DNA from: an uncultured Verrucomicrobiae bacterium | GTDB lineage: Bacteria > Verrucomicrobiota > Verrucomicrobiia > Chthoniobacterales > Terrimicrobiaceae | Reading direction: 5' to 3' | Length of the DNA: 64,000 bases | NCBI GenBank assembly: GCA_963706955.1 | Contig: CAVPOC010000010.1 | Coordinates: 251,909 to 315,908, forward strand | Shown: positions 10,633 to 19,842 of the stretch, piece after piece | Position numbering within the stretch: the stretch's first letter is position 1 | How the letters are laid out: every line of letters begins with the position of its first letter | Notes under the pieces: generated by a model | Databases searched by the model: none | Seen by the model: the letters and a program-made list of their open reading frames with translations, nothing else | Told to the model about the DNA's origin: nothing | Position numbers and translations under genes: made by a program

Positions 10633-10833
10633 GGGGTCGGTCCTATAATTTACACATGCCGGCACGGGTTGCCCTGCATGCTCTGCTTAACTCCCTCAGG
10701 GAAGCGAGTAGGAAATCGATTGTCTTCGTTTGCCAATCGCTCCTGCAAACGCCAAATTCGGCTTCGCAGCGATCTCTCGGGTAGCCATCTACTGCCTTCG
10801 GAGTATCCGGATGTATATTATAGGACTGACCCC
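10633..10833 (+). mobile_element. ~200-bp MITE-like element, copy A
   Basis: TIRs GGGGTCGGTCCTATAATTTACA / TGTATATTATAGGACTGACCCC (22 bp, 2 mismatches). Six further copies in the window. Confidence 0.85.
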
Positions 10834-10844
10834 TTGCCCCCGCA

Positions 10845-11331
10845 CCTCGGGTGGCCTTCCCGCAGATGTGCACCTTTGCAATCAGGTTGGCGCGCAGCAG
10901 ATCGGCCAGAATGCGGGCCATCCACCTTGTCGGTCTTGATCTGCGCCTCGACGATAATGCGGGTTCTTAAAATGGATTCGCTAACACGATGTCCTCTCGC
11001 GGCATCGCCTCTTCCAGAATCTCAAGCAACCAGTGCCAGTTCATGCAGGCCTCAAAGACTACCCGACACCCGGGCGCATCGCCGCACCAGCGATACAAAT
11101 TGCTCCGGGCAGAGGTGATCGATGCGCCCCCTTTCCAGAATCATTCCCTGCGCCTCGAGCACACAGAAGACACTGTAGCGCTTGTGATAGTCGATGCCGA
11201 TGAAGCTCGACTCCGCTTTTAGGATAGGTTGTGTTCTCTCACACAATCTACACCCTTCGATTTTCTGCGGATTGCCAGACCATCCCACCCGCAGATCAAG
11301 CAACCATCAGCCTTTCATGTCGCCTGACCCC
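10845..11331 (-). pseudogene. IS110-family transposase 5' fragment, copy 1
   Basis: FIGIDYHKRYSVFCVL and IKTDKVDARILADLL (DEDD domain). Frameshifted and truncated after VHICGKATR. Confidence 0.85.
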
Positions 11332-11381
11332 TTGCCTAACATGATATTACTTTCAGGCATCAAACACAGTTTCCAAGAGAA

Positions 11382-11792
11382 ATGCTTTTGAAGATAAAGA
11401 AGATCACAATCGACCCGGATCCGTACGAGCCCTTCCGCCTCGCGCAGGGCTATCGCGTCGGCGAGCTTCTCTTTATCTCGGGCCAGGCGGCGATCGACGC
11501 GAGCGGACAACTCGTCGGCGTCGGCAACTTCGATGTCCAGGCCGAGCAGGTCTTCGCGAACCTCGAGCGGGTTCTCCGTGCTGGTGGCTCAAGCCTCGCG
11601 AACATCATCAAGGTCACCATCTTCCTTCGGGATATGTCGAACTTTCCGAAGATCGTCGAGCTTCGGGGTCGCTACTTCACGCCTCCGTATCCGGCCGACA
11701 CGATCGTCGAGGTCACGTCCCTCTACTCCCCCGAGGCGCTGATCGAGATTGAGGCGATCGCCGTAGTGGACGAGGCGGTGGAGCGGACGTGA
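11382..11792 (+). CDS. RidA/YjgF/UK114 family protein
   Basis: LFISGQ, QAEQVFANL, IKVTIFL and LIEIEAIA motifs. Confidence 0.9.
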   Translation: MLLKIKKITIDPDPYEPFRLAQGYRVGELLFISGQAAIDASGQLVGVGNFDVQAEQVFANLERVLRAGGSSLANIIKVTIFLRDMSNFPKIVELRGRYFTPPYPADTIVEVTSLYSPEALIEIEAIAVVDEAVERT

Positions 11793-11842
11793 GAGCGGAG
11801 AAGGGGAAAATGAGCAGGCAAGTTCGTCAATTCATCTGCTTC

Positions 11843-11916
11843 GTTCAACACGTCATTGCAGCAGTCGGAAGAAACACTGGCGCGTTTCCCTCCGCCGCTG
11901 AATTCCAGCGTTAGTC
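11843..11916 (+). other. Integron attC recombination site
   Basis: R'' GTTCAAC, L'' TT[G]CAGC with one unpaired base, L' GCTGAA, R' GTTAGTC; 74 bp. Confidence 0.75.
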
Positions 11917-11921
11917 ATTCT

Positions 11922-12422
11922 ATGAGCAATTCATGGGCACAACAACTACTCACAAAAACCTCATTATCCTCTTACTTGATTGAGGACATCCTTCGGGAGA
12001 CAGGAGGGCTTGATCACGATCTCCAAAAGAAGCTTGCTCTGAAGATTGAAACCAAGGCCGACCTCAAAAATCTGCGGGAAGCAGCAAAACTCTTAAAGAA
12101 CAACATCTCCCGCGAAACCTCAGAGACTTTGAAGGAGGAAATCCAGGAAATCGCTAAAGATTTCAAATGGTCAGGAACGACTCGTGGTAAATACATCATG
12201 ACAATCAATAATTGGATACACACTTTTCATTCCGAATTTCGAGCCATGAAGGAATTTGAAGATGCCTTGATCGGTGGCCACACTGAGATGATGGTCGTCT
12301 TCGTCTGTGGGAAGGTGAAATCAAATGATGTTCGAGAAAAATTACTGAAATATGTTCAGTCAAAGAATCCTCCATTCAAGATTCACGTTAAGTTAGACGT
12401 GATAGATAGGATGCATGACTAG
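11922..12422 (+). CDS. Hypothetical protein (166 aa), integron gene cassette
   Basis: AT-rich ORF starting 5 bp after R' GTTAGTC and ending in GACTA, the start of a complementary R''. Confidence 0.75.
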   Translation: MSNSWAQQLLTKTSLSSYLIEDILRETGGLDHDLQKKLALKIETKADLKNLREAAKLLKNNISRETSETLKEEIQEIAKDFKWSGTTRGKYIMTINNWIHTFHSEFRAMKEFEDALIGGHTEMMVVFVCGKVKSNDVREKLLKYVQSKNPPFKIHVKLDVIDRMHD

Positions 12423-12605
12423 TCGGGTCCCCGTGACTAAGTATTAGTCAGCCACGGGTCCCACACCACCGGACGTGCGGGTCCGCATCCGGCGGTTCCG
12501 ATCGGACTCGGGCTTTTGGCCCCGTAGTGAAGTTTGATCCACAATGTGCGCATGTCGGGAACTCCCTGCTGTTCCAGCCAGCTGTTGTTGAGCGCTTGTT
12601 GCAAT
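12422..12605 (-). mobile_element. Group II intron (class IIC-attC type) 3' remnant: end of RT/maturase, domains V and VI
   Basis: The minus strand reads GAACCGCCGGATGCGGACCCGCACGTCCGGTGGTGTGG (DV), then a DVI hairpin ending CCCGAC. The upstream frame gives QQALNNSWLEQQGVPDMRTLWIKLHYG. Confidence 0.85.
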
Positions 12606-12661
12606 TCAGTTGCTATCCGCTACGCATCCGGAGCAGCCAGCCAGCACGAGCGGATGCAGAT

Positions 12662-12857
12662 GGGGTCGGTCCCATAATTTACATGTTGCCGCGCGAACTA
12701 GCTTGCATGCTCTGCTTAACTTCCTCAGGGAAGCGAGTAGGAAATCGATTGTCTTCGTTGCCAATCGCTCCTGCAAACGCCAAATTCGGCTTCGCAGCGA
12801 TCTCCCGGGTAGCATCTACTGCCATCGGAGTATAAGGATGTATATAGGACTGATCCC
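12662..12857 (+). mobile_element. ~200-bp MITE-like element, copy B
   Basis: Same body and termini as copy A. Confidence 0.85.
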
Positions 12858-12905
12858 TTTTGCCTGGCCCGTTCTACGCGAAAGGGCGGGAGTTACAGTT
12901 TGCTC

Positions 12906-14840
12906 TTAGACGGCGTCCGGGAGGATCCCTTTGGTGAGCCGTTCGACTCCCTGCCTGGCGAAGTCACTTGGCGGATATACGTTCCGGGCCTTCAGGTACC
13001 AGGCGAGGCTGGAACCGGACTGGTCTTTCTGCTCCAGTTCCTCCGCTTGCCGGATCGCGTGGACGAAGTCCGCGGCTCTTGTGGTCAGGTTGGCTCGGAC
13101 TTGGTTGAGCTTGTTATCGTTGGGATAGCTGCGGAAGGCCCTCTCGGCGCTTTCCCAAGCTCCAGCAAAGTCGCCGCGCTTTTCGATCTCCTGGGCCTGA
13201 ATGAGCGCGGTCTCGATGACCTGCATGTCTTCAAGCACCTTGCGCAATTGCTCCTGCTTTTCCGGATGCATGGCGCTGGCGGCAATGAAACGCATCCTGT
13301 TCTCGTAAATTTGTCTGTAGTTCTTCTGGCTGAGAAGCTGATCAAAATCGACCATGGCCCGGGACTGGACATCGGCTTGAGAGAAGATGACTTTTGAGAC
13401 CTCGGCCAGCGAGGGGTTGCGCGGCCAGATTTCGGTGGCGGCTTTCAACTCGGTTTCCAGCGTGGCCTTGTCGCCGCTTACCGCGGCATTGCGCGCCTTT
13501 GCGATGTGCATCGCGGAAATCTGCTTTGCGGTTTCTACGGCAGCCATCGGTTTGGAGGCATCGAAATCCTTGGCGGTTTCACCTAGTTGGGTCACCAACT
13601 TCTCCGCAAGGGCATAGTCTTTGACCTCAATCGCGCTGATGAGCTGGTTTGACTTGTGGACGAAAGCCAGCGCCTTCCGCTTGTCTTTCCGGTCGAGTGT
13701 CCGGACCTCCGGGAGGTATTCGCCAAGCATGAAGGTTTCCGCGAGCCGTTTCGTCGCGCTTTCGAGCTCGTTTTTCTCGAGCAGAAATTTGAAAGCCTGG
13801 ATACCCTCACGCACGTCGCCCATGATTTCATTGGCCAGCGAATCGATTGTGCCCATGTTGGGCGGCAAGCCACTGGTCTTGGCGACCAGGCTCTTTGCAT
13901 CTTCGCCGATGCGCAGCCGGCTATCACCATCAGCAAAGATATTGCGATAGAATCGGGTCCCAATGATGGCGTGCTCGAACCGCCTCTGAAGGAAATGCTG
14001 AACGATGAGGGATTGGAAGTCGATCTTCACCTGAAGCTCGGCGACCTCGCGCTTGAGCTGATTCGCCCGGATCAACGCATTGACCTCCGCGAGCCTCGTT
14101 ACGATAGGCTGCATTTGCATGTCACGGCTGAGCTGCTGTGCTTGTTGCTGAGGGTTTGGCCCGCCCTCCTTCGATTTGTTGGAACCACCGCTGTCCATCT
14201 TGGTGCCCTCGGCGGTTAAACGCGCGTTCCACTCCAAGCGCTTCCTTTCATCCTCAAGGCTCTTGCTCGCCGCGTTCAGCCGGTCATTACTCTTTCGTGA
14301 AAGCCAGGCCGAGTAGACCTGGCTCGCGATGGAGTCGCAAAGGTGAGCGTCCTGTTCAAATTGGGAGGCCTTGGCGAGGCACTGGAAGGCTTGGTCTATG
14401 GACTGCAGCCTGACCCTGCCCGGCGCGAGCAAATCCCTAATTTCACCGAGGAGCGCCTGGTACTCATTATCGGATTCTGTCGTCGCCGCCGGAGCGTTGA
14501 GGTATTTCTCGAAGCGGGCCTGAAAGAGCGCGTTGTTGCTGACGTTCCAGCTCTTGCCGTCCCACATCGCTGTGTTGCTCCCGGGATCAAAAAACGGGAT
14601 GCCCTTGCCAAGAAAGATTGAGCCGCCAGCAGGGGCGGCCGATTGCGATTGGCCACCCGAACCTTCAGCAGGCGCGGCCGGCGGGGCGGCTTGTGGCTGC
14701 TGGGGGAAGACTTGGATGGACTGCTGGGGTGCAGCCGCTTGAGGAGGAGCTTGCTGGACCGGATCTTGAGACGCGGGGGGATTTTGTTGGGCCGCCGCGA
14801 GCGCTAAGGAAAGGAGCCACGCAGGAAACGCGTATTTCAT
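12906..14840 (-). CDS. Secreted helical/TPR-like hypothetical protein
   Basis: 644-aa ORF with signal peptide, Gln/Pro-rich linker and helical repeats. Confidence 0.8.
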   Translation of the reverse strand: MKYAFPAWLLSLALAAAQQNPPASQDPVQQAPPQAAAPQQSIQVFPQQPQAAPPAAPAEGSGGQSQSAAPAGGSIFLGKGIPFFDPGSNTAMWDGKSWNVSNNALFQARFEKYLNAPAATTESDNEYQALLGEIRDLLAPGRVRLQSIDQAFQCLAKASQFEQDAHLCDSIASQVYSAWLSRKSNDRLNAASKSLEDERKRLEWNARLTAEGTKMDSGGSNKSKEGGPNPQQQAQQLSRDMQMQPIVTRLAEVNALIRANQLKREVAELQVKIDFQSLIVQHFLQRRFEHAIIGTRFYRNIFADGDSRLRIGEDAKSLVAKTSGLPPNMGTIDSLANEIMGDVREGIQAFKFLLEKNELESATKRLAETFMLGEYLPEVRTLDRKDKRKALAFVHKSNQLISAIEVKDYALAEKLVTQLGETAKDFDASKPMAAVETAKQISAMHIAKARNAAVSGDKATLETELKAATEIWPRNPSLAEVSKVIFSQADVQSRAMVDFDQLLSQKNYRQIYENRMRFIAASAMHPEKQEQLRKVLEDMQVIETALIQAQEIEKRGDFAGAWESAERAFRSYPNDNKLNQVRANLTTRAADFVHAIRQAEELEQKDQSGSSLAWYLKARNVYPPSDFARQGVERLTKGILPDAV

Positions 14841-15235
14841 GATTTGGTCATGTCTTTAGTTCGCACTATGCCTTTGTCGCCGACTTCGAGCAGAAAAACA
14901 AATCGTTGGCCTCTCTGGATGTTGATGTGGCTGAAACTCGTTGTGACAAGGACAGGGATGACTTGCTTGTCGCCGTCGACACCTACAGCGATCAGCCGCC
15001 CCTTGGTTGGTGACCATCCCAAGGAGTTGAGAACTTCGCCTTGGATCTTATAAACATTTCCTCTCAGACTATTTGCGTTTTCCAAGTAGGTCGCGACATC
15101 GAGTGGTGCCGCGGTCCGGAAGGACTGCAATGTCGTCGTGATAAGAAATCGTGAGCCAACAAATGCCGCCAGGATCAGGACAATGGCAACCACAATTCCC
15201 ATGGGGAGTCGGGATTTCTTACTACGCCGGGTCAC
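14837..15235 (-). CDS. Membrane-anchored hypothetical protein (possible OB-fold)
   Basis: N-terminal TM helix, AGGAG RBS before GTG, 4-bp overlap with the next gene. Confidence 0.75.
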   Translation of the reverse strand: MTRRSKKSRLPMGIVVAIVLILAAFVGSRFLITTTLQSFRTAAPLDVATYLENANSLRGNVYKIQGEVLNSLGWSPTKGRLIAVGVDGDKQVIPVLVTTSFSHINIQRGQRFVFLLEVGDKGIVRTKDMTKS

Positions 15236-15439
15236 GCCTGCAGCTCCTAGGGAAAGTTAAATGGCCCGGGTTCTTCGCGTCATGCGAAGGTTCAACCAGA
15301 GATTCCGTACAAACGATTCGATCGGCTACGCCTACGGTATTGATCACGGCACAGCCGGCATGGAGAAGACTTGTCCGCCCTAGACGTAGAATAGAGCCTT
15401 CGGGTTCCCTGGTCTGGTTTGCGAGCGAGGAATTCACAA

Positions 15440-16078
15440 TCATGGCGACGAGGGCAATTCAACTGCATTTGCGACCGATTGGATCCCTGAATATCCTGAG
15501 TGAGACAAAGTTTGGGGAAGTGGATTTCCCATGGTCGGCTGGGAAAACATGGGCCTGAAGGGTACATTGGAACTTTGACTGCTATCCCCGGGCTTTTTTG
15601 CGCTTTCCTTGGGAGGAAGCGTCTTTTCATAGGTCGCGATGAAAGGTTGAAATGCTGAGATTTCGGCCAACCGGATTTCCCCAGTGGACTTTTCACCGGA
15701 TTTTGCCTCGTTCTTAGATTTCGGATCTTCTTTGAGCTCTTTAAGCGCCTCTTTCCGCTCGTACCAAAAACGTCCGTCCTTGGACCGATCTTTCTTAAAC
15801 CCGTATTTTCGAAAGTCGGCATCACCGAGCTCGGCGATTGGAAGCCTTATAATTCCCGAATCATTCGAAACGCGGATCGTGTAATCATCAGTAATCTCAA
15901 CGAATCCGAACTGTTTTGTTCCGTCTAGTTGCTTTACCGTGCGCTTTTCGGTCTTTGCAGAATTGCTTCCTTTTTTGGCTCCGCTTTGTGAGTTGATTGT
16001 TTGTGACTGGAGGGCGGGACAGAGCGCTATCGCGCAAGCCAGCGCAAGAAGCCAGGTGCGTGTATTCACGCTGTTCAT
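15440..16078 (-). CDS. Secreted hypothetical protein
   Basis: 212-aa ORF with signal peptide, co-oriented with the two downstream genes. Confidence 0.7.
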   Translation of the reverse strand: MNSVNTRTWLLALACAIALCPALQSQTINSQSGAKKGSNSAKTEKRTVKQLDGTKQFGFVEITDDYTIRVSNDSGIIRLPIAELGDADFRKYGFKKDRSKDGRFWYERKEALKELKEDPKSKNEAKSGEKSTGEIRLAEISAFQPFIATYEKTLPPKESAKKPGDSSQSSNVPFRPMFSQPTMGNPLPQTLSHSGYSGIQSVANAVELPSSP

Positions 16079-16470
16079 TTCTCTATGATGTTAGGCGAGT
16101 TGTTAGCATCCAAAGGAGATCCGCGTATTGAACGTAAGATCGCCGCGCCCTCTAATGACTCCAGCCAACAGCTGTAAATTGGCTCTCGCACCCTTCTTTT
16201 GCGCAAGGAGCGGCGATGAGGTTTTGCACGTTTCGCTCGTGATTGCCCGCCAGATGCCTCGGAAATGCCAGCCCATCTTCCAGTCGCGTAGCAAGCACCG
16301 AAAATGCAGTCTGATCTGAAGCCTCCTTGTCATATTACATCTACCATTACGTCTAGCGTCCGGGAACGGAGCGCACGTCGTGGAGATTGTTGCGGTTTTT
16401 GCAGTTCGTCCCCGGCAACAGGAGCCAGGCTAGATGCGCCGACCTAGCTGCCACCTGCGCAGAGGGGCGA

Positions 16471-16795
16471 ACAAGAGGGGGTCAGCCATTTAATATTGAC
16501 TATCGTTTGCCGTCGGCATCGGACACCTGCGGTTTTATTACGAGCAGACATTCGACTGTTTGGTCGGGTCGTGCCGCCTCGCCGGGTCGATGTCGGCTTC
16601 GACAACGGGTGCTTCTAAGGCTGAAGCCGGACGGACACGCTTGGCATTCGTCACTAAATTATCAAAGCTCTGGATTGCCAAAGTCGCGCTGAAAGAAGAA
16701 GAGCGCAACGCGAAACCACGGCGTGGACCTAAACCTGCTTCTCGTTACAATCACGCGCGCAAGAATCCCAACACTAAATGACTGACCCCTCTTGT
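16471..16795. mobile_element. ~320-bp MITE-like element with GGGGTCAG termini and a different body
   Basis: ACAAGAGGGGGTCAGCCATTTAATATTG is inverted-matched by CAACACTAAATGACTGACCCCTCTTGT. Confidence 0.7.
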
Positions 16796-17367
16796 AGGCT
16801 TTCCAGGGCACTTATCTGCGGGAGCAGCTCATTGCTTTTTACGATAAAGGAACCATCGTTGCCAATACTCTGGGAGCACGGGCTCGTTCGGATATCGCAG
16901 CCGCGCGATTGATCATCCCCAATAGACCTTAAAGGCCCGACGACCAGATGCACTAACGAGCTCCGGAAAGTGCGCAATATTCTGATTAGATTGATGATGC
17001 GCCAAATGCAGGGCCACGAAGCACTTGTATTTTGCAGACAATCTGGTCCTAAAACGGTGGCGGGATCCTTCCGAATCACTAGTCAATGCGCTCACGAGCG
17101 CCGAAATGGTCTGCTCCACGACTGGTCTACTAAGAAGTGCGTTCACAGTGTGATAATGGTTTACTAAGCGATTACGATTCATGCAGCGCACCGGTGCTTT
17201 TTTTCGGCAACTGTTTCTTTGGTTGAGATTTCGAGCACGAGCTGACTCTTCACTGCGCAGGACAAAAGAGGTCGGCCACAGAACGCCCACGCCGGAGCGG
17301 ACATCAATAATTAGTGGTTTACCCTTTTGCTTCTCCCTCTCTTGGCTGCAATCGCGTAGTACAGGAC

Positions 17368-17573
17368 GGGGTCGGTCCTATAATTTACGCATGCGGCCTG
17401 GCTTAGGCTTGCATGCTCTCCTCAACTTTCTCAGGAAAGCGAGTAGGAATCGATTGTCTTCGTCGCCATCGCTCCTGCAAACCTGCCAACGCCAAATTCG
17501 GCTTCGCAGCGATCTCCCGGGTAGCCATCTACTGCGATAGGAACATAAGGATGTATATTATAGGACTGACTCC
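17368..17573 (+). mobile_element. ~200-bp MITE-like element, copy C
   Basis: Same body and termini as copy A. Confidence 0.85.
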
Positions 17574-17653
17574 TTCCCCCCGCACAAGGCAGCTTTGGCG
17601 GCAGTCGTACCTACATCAATTCCAAGCAGTAATTGATCTTCGAGCGATCAGAT

Positions 17654-17757
17654 GAGGTCGGTCCCGTAATGTAGACACACCGGTCTGCGTGCTCTCCTTG
17701 ACTTCCTCAGGAAAGCGAGCGGGAGATCGATTGTCTTCGTTGCCGATCGCTCCTGCA
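17654..17757 (+). mobile_element. Truncated, diverged copy D of the ~200-bp element
   Basis: GAGGTCGGTCCCGTAAT...GATTGTCTTCGTTGCCGATCGCTCCTGCA matches the 5' half. Confidence 0.7.
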
Positions 17758-18156
17758 GGTCCGCGAGGGGTCAAGGAGTCGGTCAACAATTCTTGACGAA
17801 ATACCATTTCGCTGCGTGCGTGGATTGCGGTCTCAACGGCCAGTTGCGGACTCCCTCGCTGTGTCCGAATCGCGGCAGGGCACGGACTCTGGAGGCTCAC
17901 GGCTACAATTGGAGGTCACATATAAGGGGTCCACATCAGCGTCATGACACAGATCTTCGTGGAGGTGGCAATCGACTCTACCAGCTATATCAACGTGCCA
18001 TCCCTCTGCGATGGACAGAAAATCGCCGCAGCAGCAATCTGCGACTTTCCGCTGGAGAGCCTGAAAAGCCTTTTCAGTTTTCAAGGGGAAACTTATTGTT
18101 ACGACTTCGGCTCGTGTCCGTTTCCGCGCAGAGCGCGACTGGTAACAGGATTAAAG

Positions 18157-19446
18157 ATGCCCAAAAAAAACCATCTTGGACTCATTCGGCAAGGAGTAGA
18201 TGCCTGGAATACGTGGCGTGAACGTGCTGCTGCGCAGCCCGATTTGAGCAGGGCAGACCTCACCAAAGCGGACCTCAGGGAAGCAGACCTCAGAAAAGCG
18301 AACCTCTACAAAGCAAACCTCAGCGAAGCGGACCTCAGCAAAGCGAACCTTGGCGGGGCGAACCTTGGCGAGGCGAATCTCGTGAGTGCGTATCTCGGCG
18401 GGACGATTTTCACCAGTGCCGACCTCGGCCTTGCAGATTTCAGCGGGGCGTTTCTCAGCGGGGCGTTTCTCGGCGGGGCCGATGTCAGAGGGGCAACGCT
18501 CGTCAAGGCGGATCTTCAGCACGCGGTTCTCGACGGCGCCAACTTCGGGGGGGCGAACCTCAGCCAGGCCGACCTCAGCGTGGCGAAGTGCAGCCGGGCG
18601 AATTTCAGCGGGGCGAATCTCAGCGGGGCATTTCTCGGCCAGGCTTATTTCGGGCAGGCGAACCTCAGTGGGGCGGACTTTAGCGGGGCATATCTCGGCG
18701 GGGCGGACCTTAGCTGGGCGAATCTCAGCGGGGCAAACTTCAGCGGGGCGAATCTCAGCGGGGCGATACTGGAAGGCGCCACCTTGATAGAAACTAATCT
18801 GGAAAACGCGGATTTAAATGGCTGCCGAATTTATGGAATTTCCGCATGGAACATAAAAGCAAATCAAGAAACAAAGCAAACCTCTTTGATAATTGCCCCG
18901 CGAGGCGAAGCCAGCATCACGGTTGACGATATCCAGGTCGCGCAATTCATCCATTTGATCCTAAAGTATGAAAACCTTAGAACGGTGCTTAACACCGTAA
19001 CAAAACGTGGCGTTTTGATCTTAGGCAGGTTTGGAGGTGGAGGTCTTCAGGTTCTGCGTGAGGTAGCAGAGGCTCTACGGCAGTGCGGCTACTTGCCCAT
19101 GATTTTTGATTTCGAAAGGCCGGAAGGTCGAAACTATACGGAGACTATTCGAACACTTGCCGGACTCGCCCGTTTTGTTGTGGTGGATCTCAGTGGACCT
19201 TCCGTGCCGCAAGAGCTTTACGCAACCGTGCCGCACTTGAAGATTCCTTTTGTGCCTATTCTCGAAAAAGGAAGGCGACCATACGCGATGTTCGTCGATC
19301 TCCTGGAGTATGAGTGGGTCCTAAAGCCAATAGTGGAATTCGATTCAACCTCGGCGCTCATTCAAGAGCTGCAGGACCAAATCGTGAGTCCAGCTGAGAA
19401 GCGAATTGAGATGAGACAGGCCAAACTCAAGGAACTGTTTGGTTAG
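18157..19446 (+). CDS. Pentapeptide-repeat protein with conserved C-terminal alpha/beta domain
   Basis: QGVDAWNTWR then a long run of A(D/N)(L/F)xx repeats. C-terminus VLILGRF...FDFERP...RFVVVDLS. Start placed at MPKKNH. Confidence 0.9.
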   Translation: MPKKNHLGLIRQGVDAWNTWRERAAAQPDLSRADLTKADLREADLRKANLYKANLSEADLSKANLGGANLGEANLVSAYLGGTIFTSADLGLADFSGAFLSGAFLGGADVRGATLVKADLQHAVLDGANFGGANLSQADLSVAKCSRANFSGANLSGAFLGQAYFGQANLSGADFSGAYLGGADLSWANLSGANFSGANLSGAILEGATLIETNLENADLNGCRIYGISAWNIKANQETKQTSLIIAPRGEASITVDDIQVAQFIHLILKYENLRTVLNTVTKRGVLILGRFGGGGLQVLREVAEALRQCGYLPMIFDFERPEGRNYTETIRTLAGLARFVVVDLSGPSVPQELYATVPHLKIPFVPILEKGRRPYAMFVDLLEYEWVLKPIVEFDSTSALIQELQDQIVSPAEKRIEMRQAKLKELFG

Positions 19447-19604
19447 AGCGCTTCATCCTGTCTTGTTTATATAGCCCAGCCGCGATGGCCTCGATTCTGA
19501 CGGGTAAAGAAGGGGTCAGGACTTGAATCTTGCACAGACCACAGGGGACAAATTCATCCGTTTCTTTTTCTCGTTGCTTATCTCACATGTGGGAGCAAGC
19601 AATA

Positions 19605-19753
19605 GGGGTCAGTGGGCAAAAATTGCATGTCAAGGGCCACGAGCGGGCGCTTAGAAGGTGGAGATGGTGGCGAGGAGCTTGCGGATTGAGTATGCGGGCG
19701 CCTACTACCATGTGATGGCACGAGGAAACCGCTGTGAAAGGCGCACTGACCCC
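19605..19753. mobile_element. 149-bp MITE-like element with GGGGTCAG termini and a third body type
   Basis: GGGGTCAGTGGGC / GCGCACTGACCCC (13 bp, 1 mismatch). Confidence 0.6.
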
Positions 19754-19842
19754 CAACTACCAGCTCGTTAAACCGAATGCATGGCTGAATTCACGTATCC
19801 GATTGACCGACCTGGTCCGCGTGCCTTCACTATGGCTCGCTG

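Noticed and set aside
10633..10833. 200-bp element as the IS110 bridge RNA
   Set aside because: It has its own TIRs, occurs five times without IS110 sequence and abuts a mid-gene truncation; I cannot identify target or donor loops by eye.
16086..16108. Possible attI (GATGTTAGGCGAGTTGTTAGC)
   Set aside because: No adjacent integrase, and attI has no consensus that can be checked by eye.
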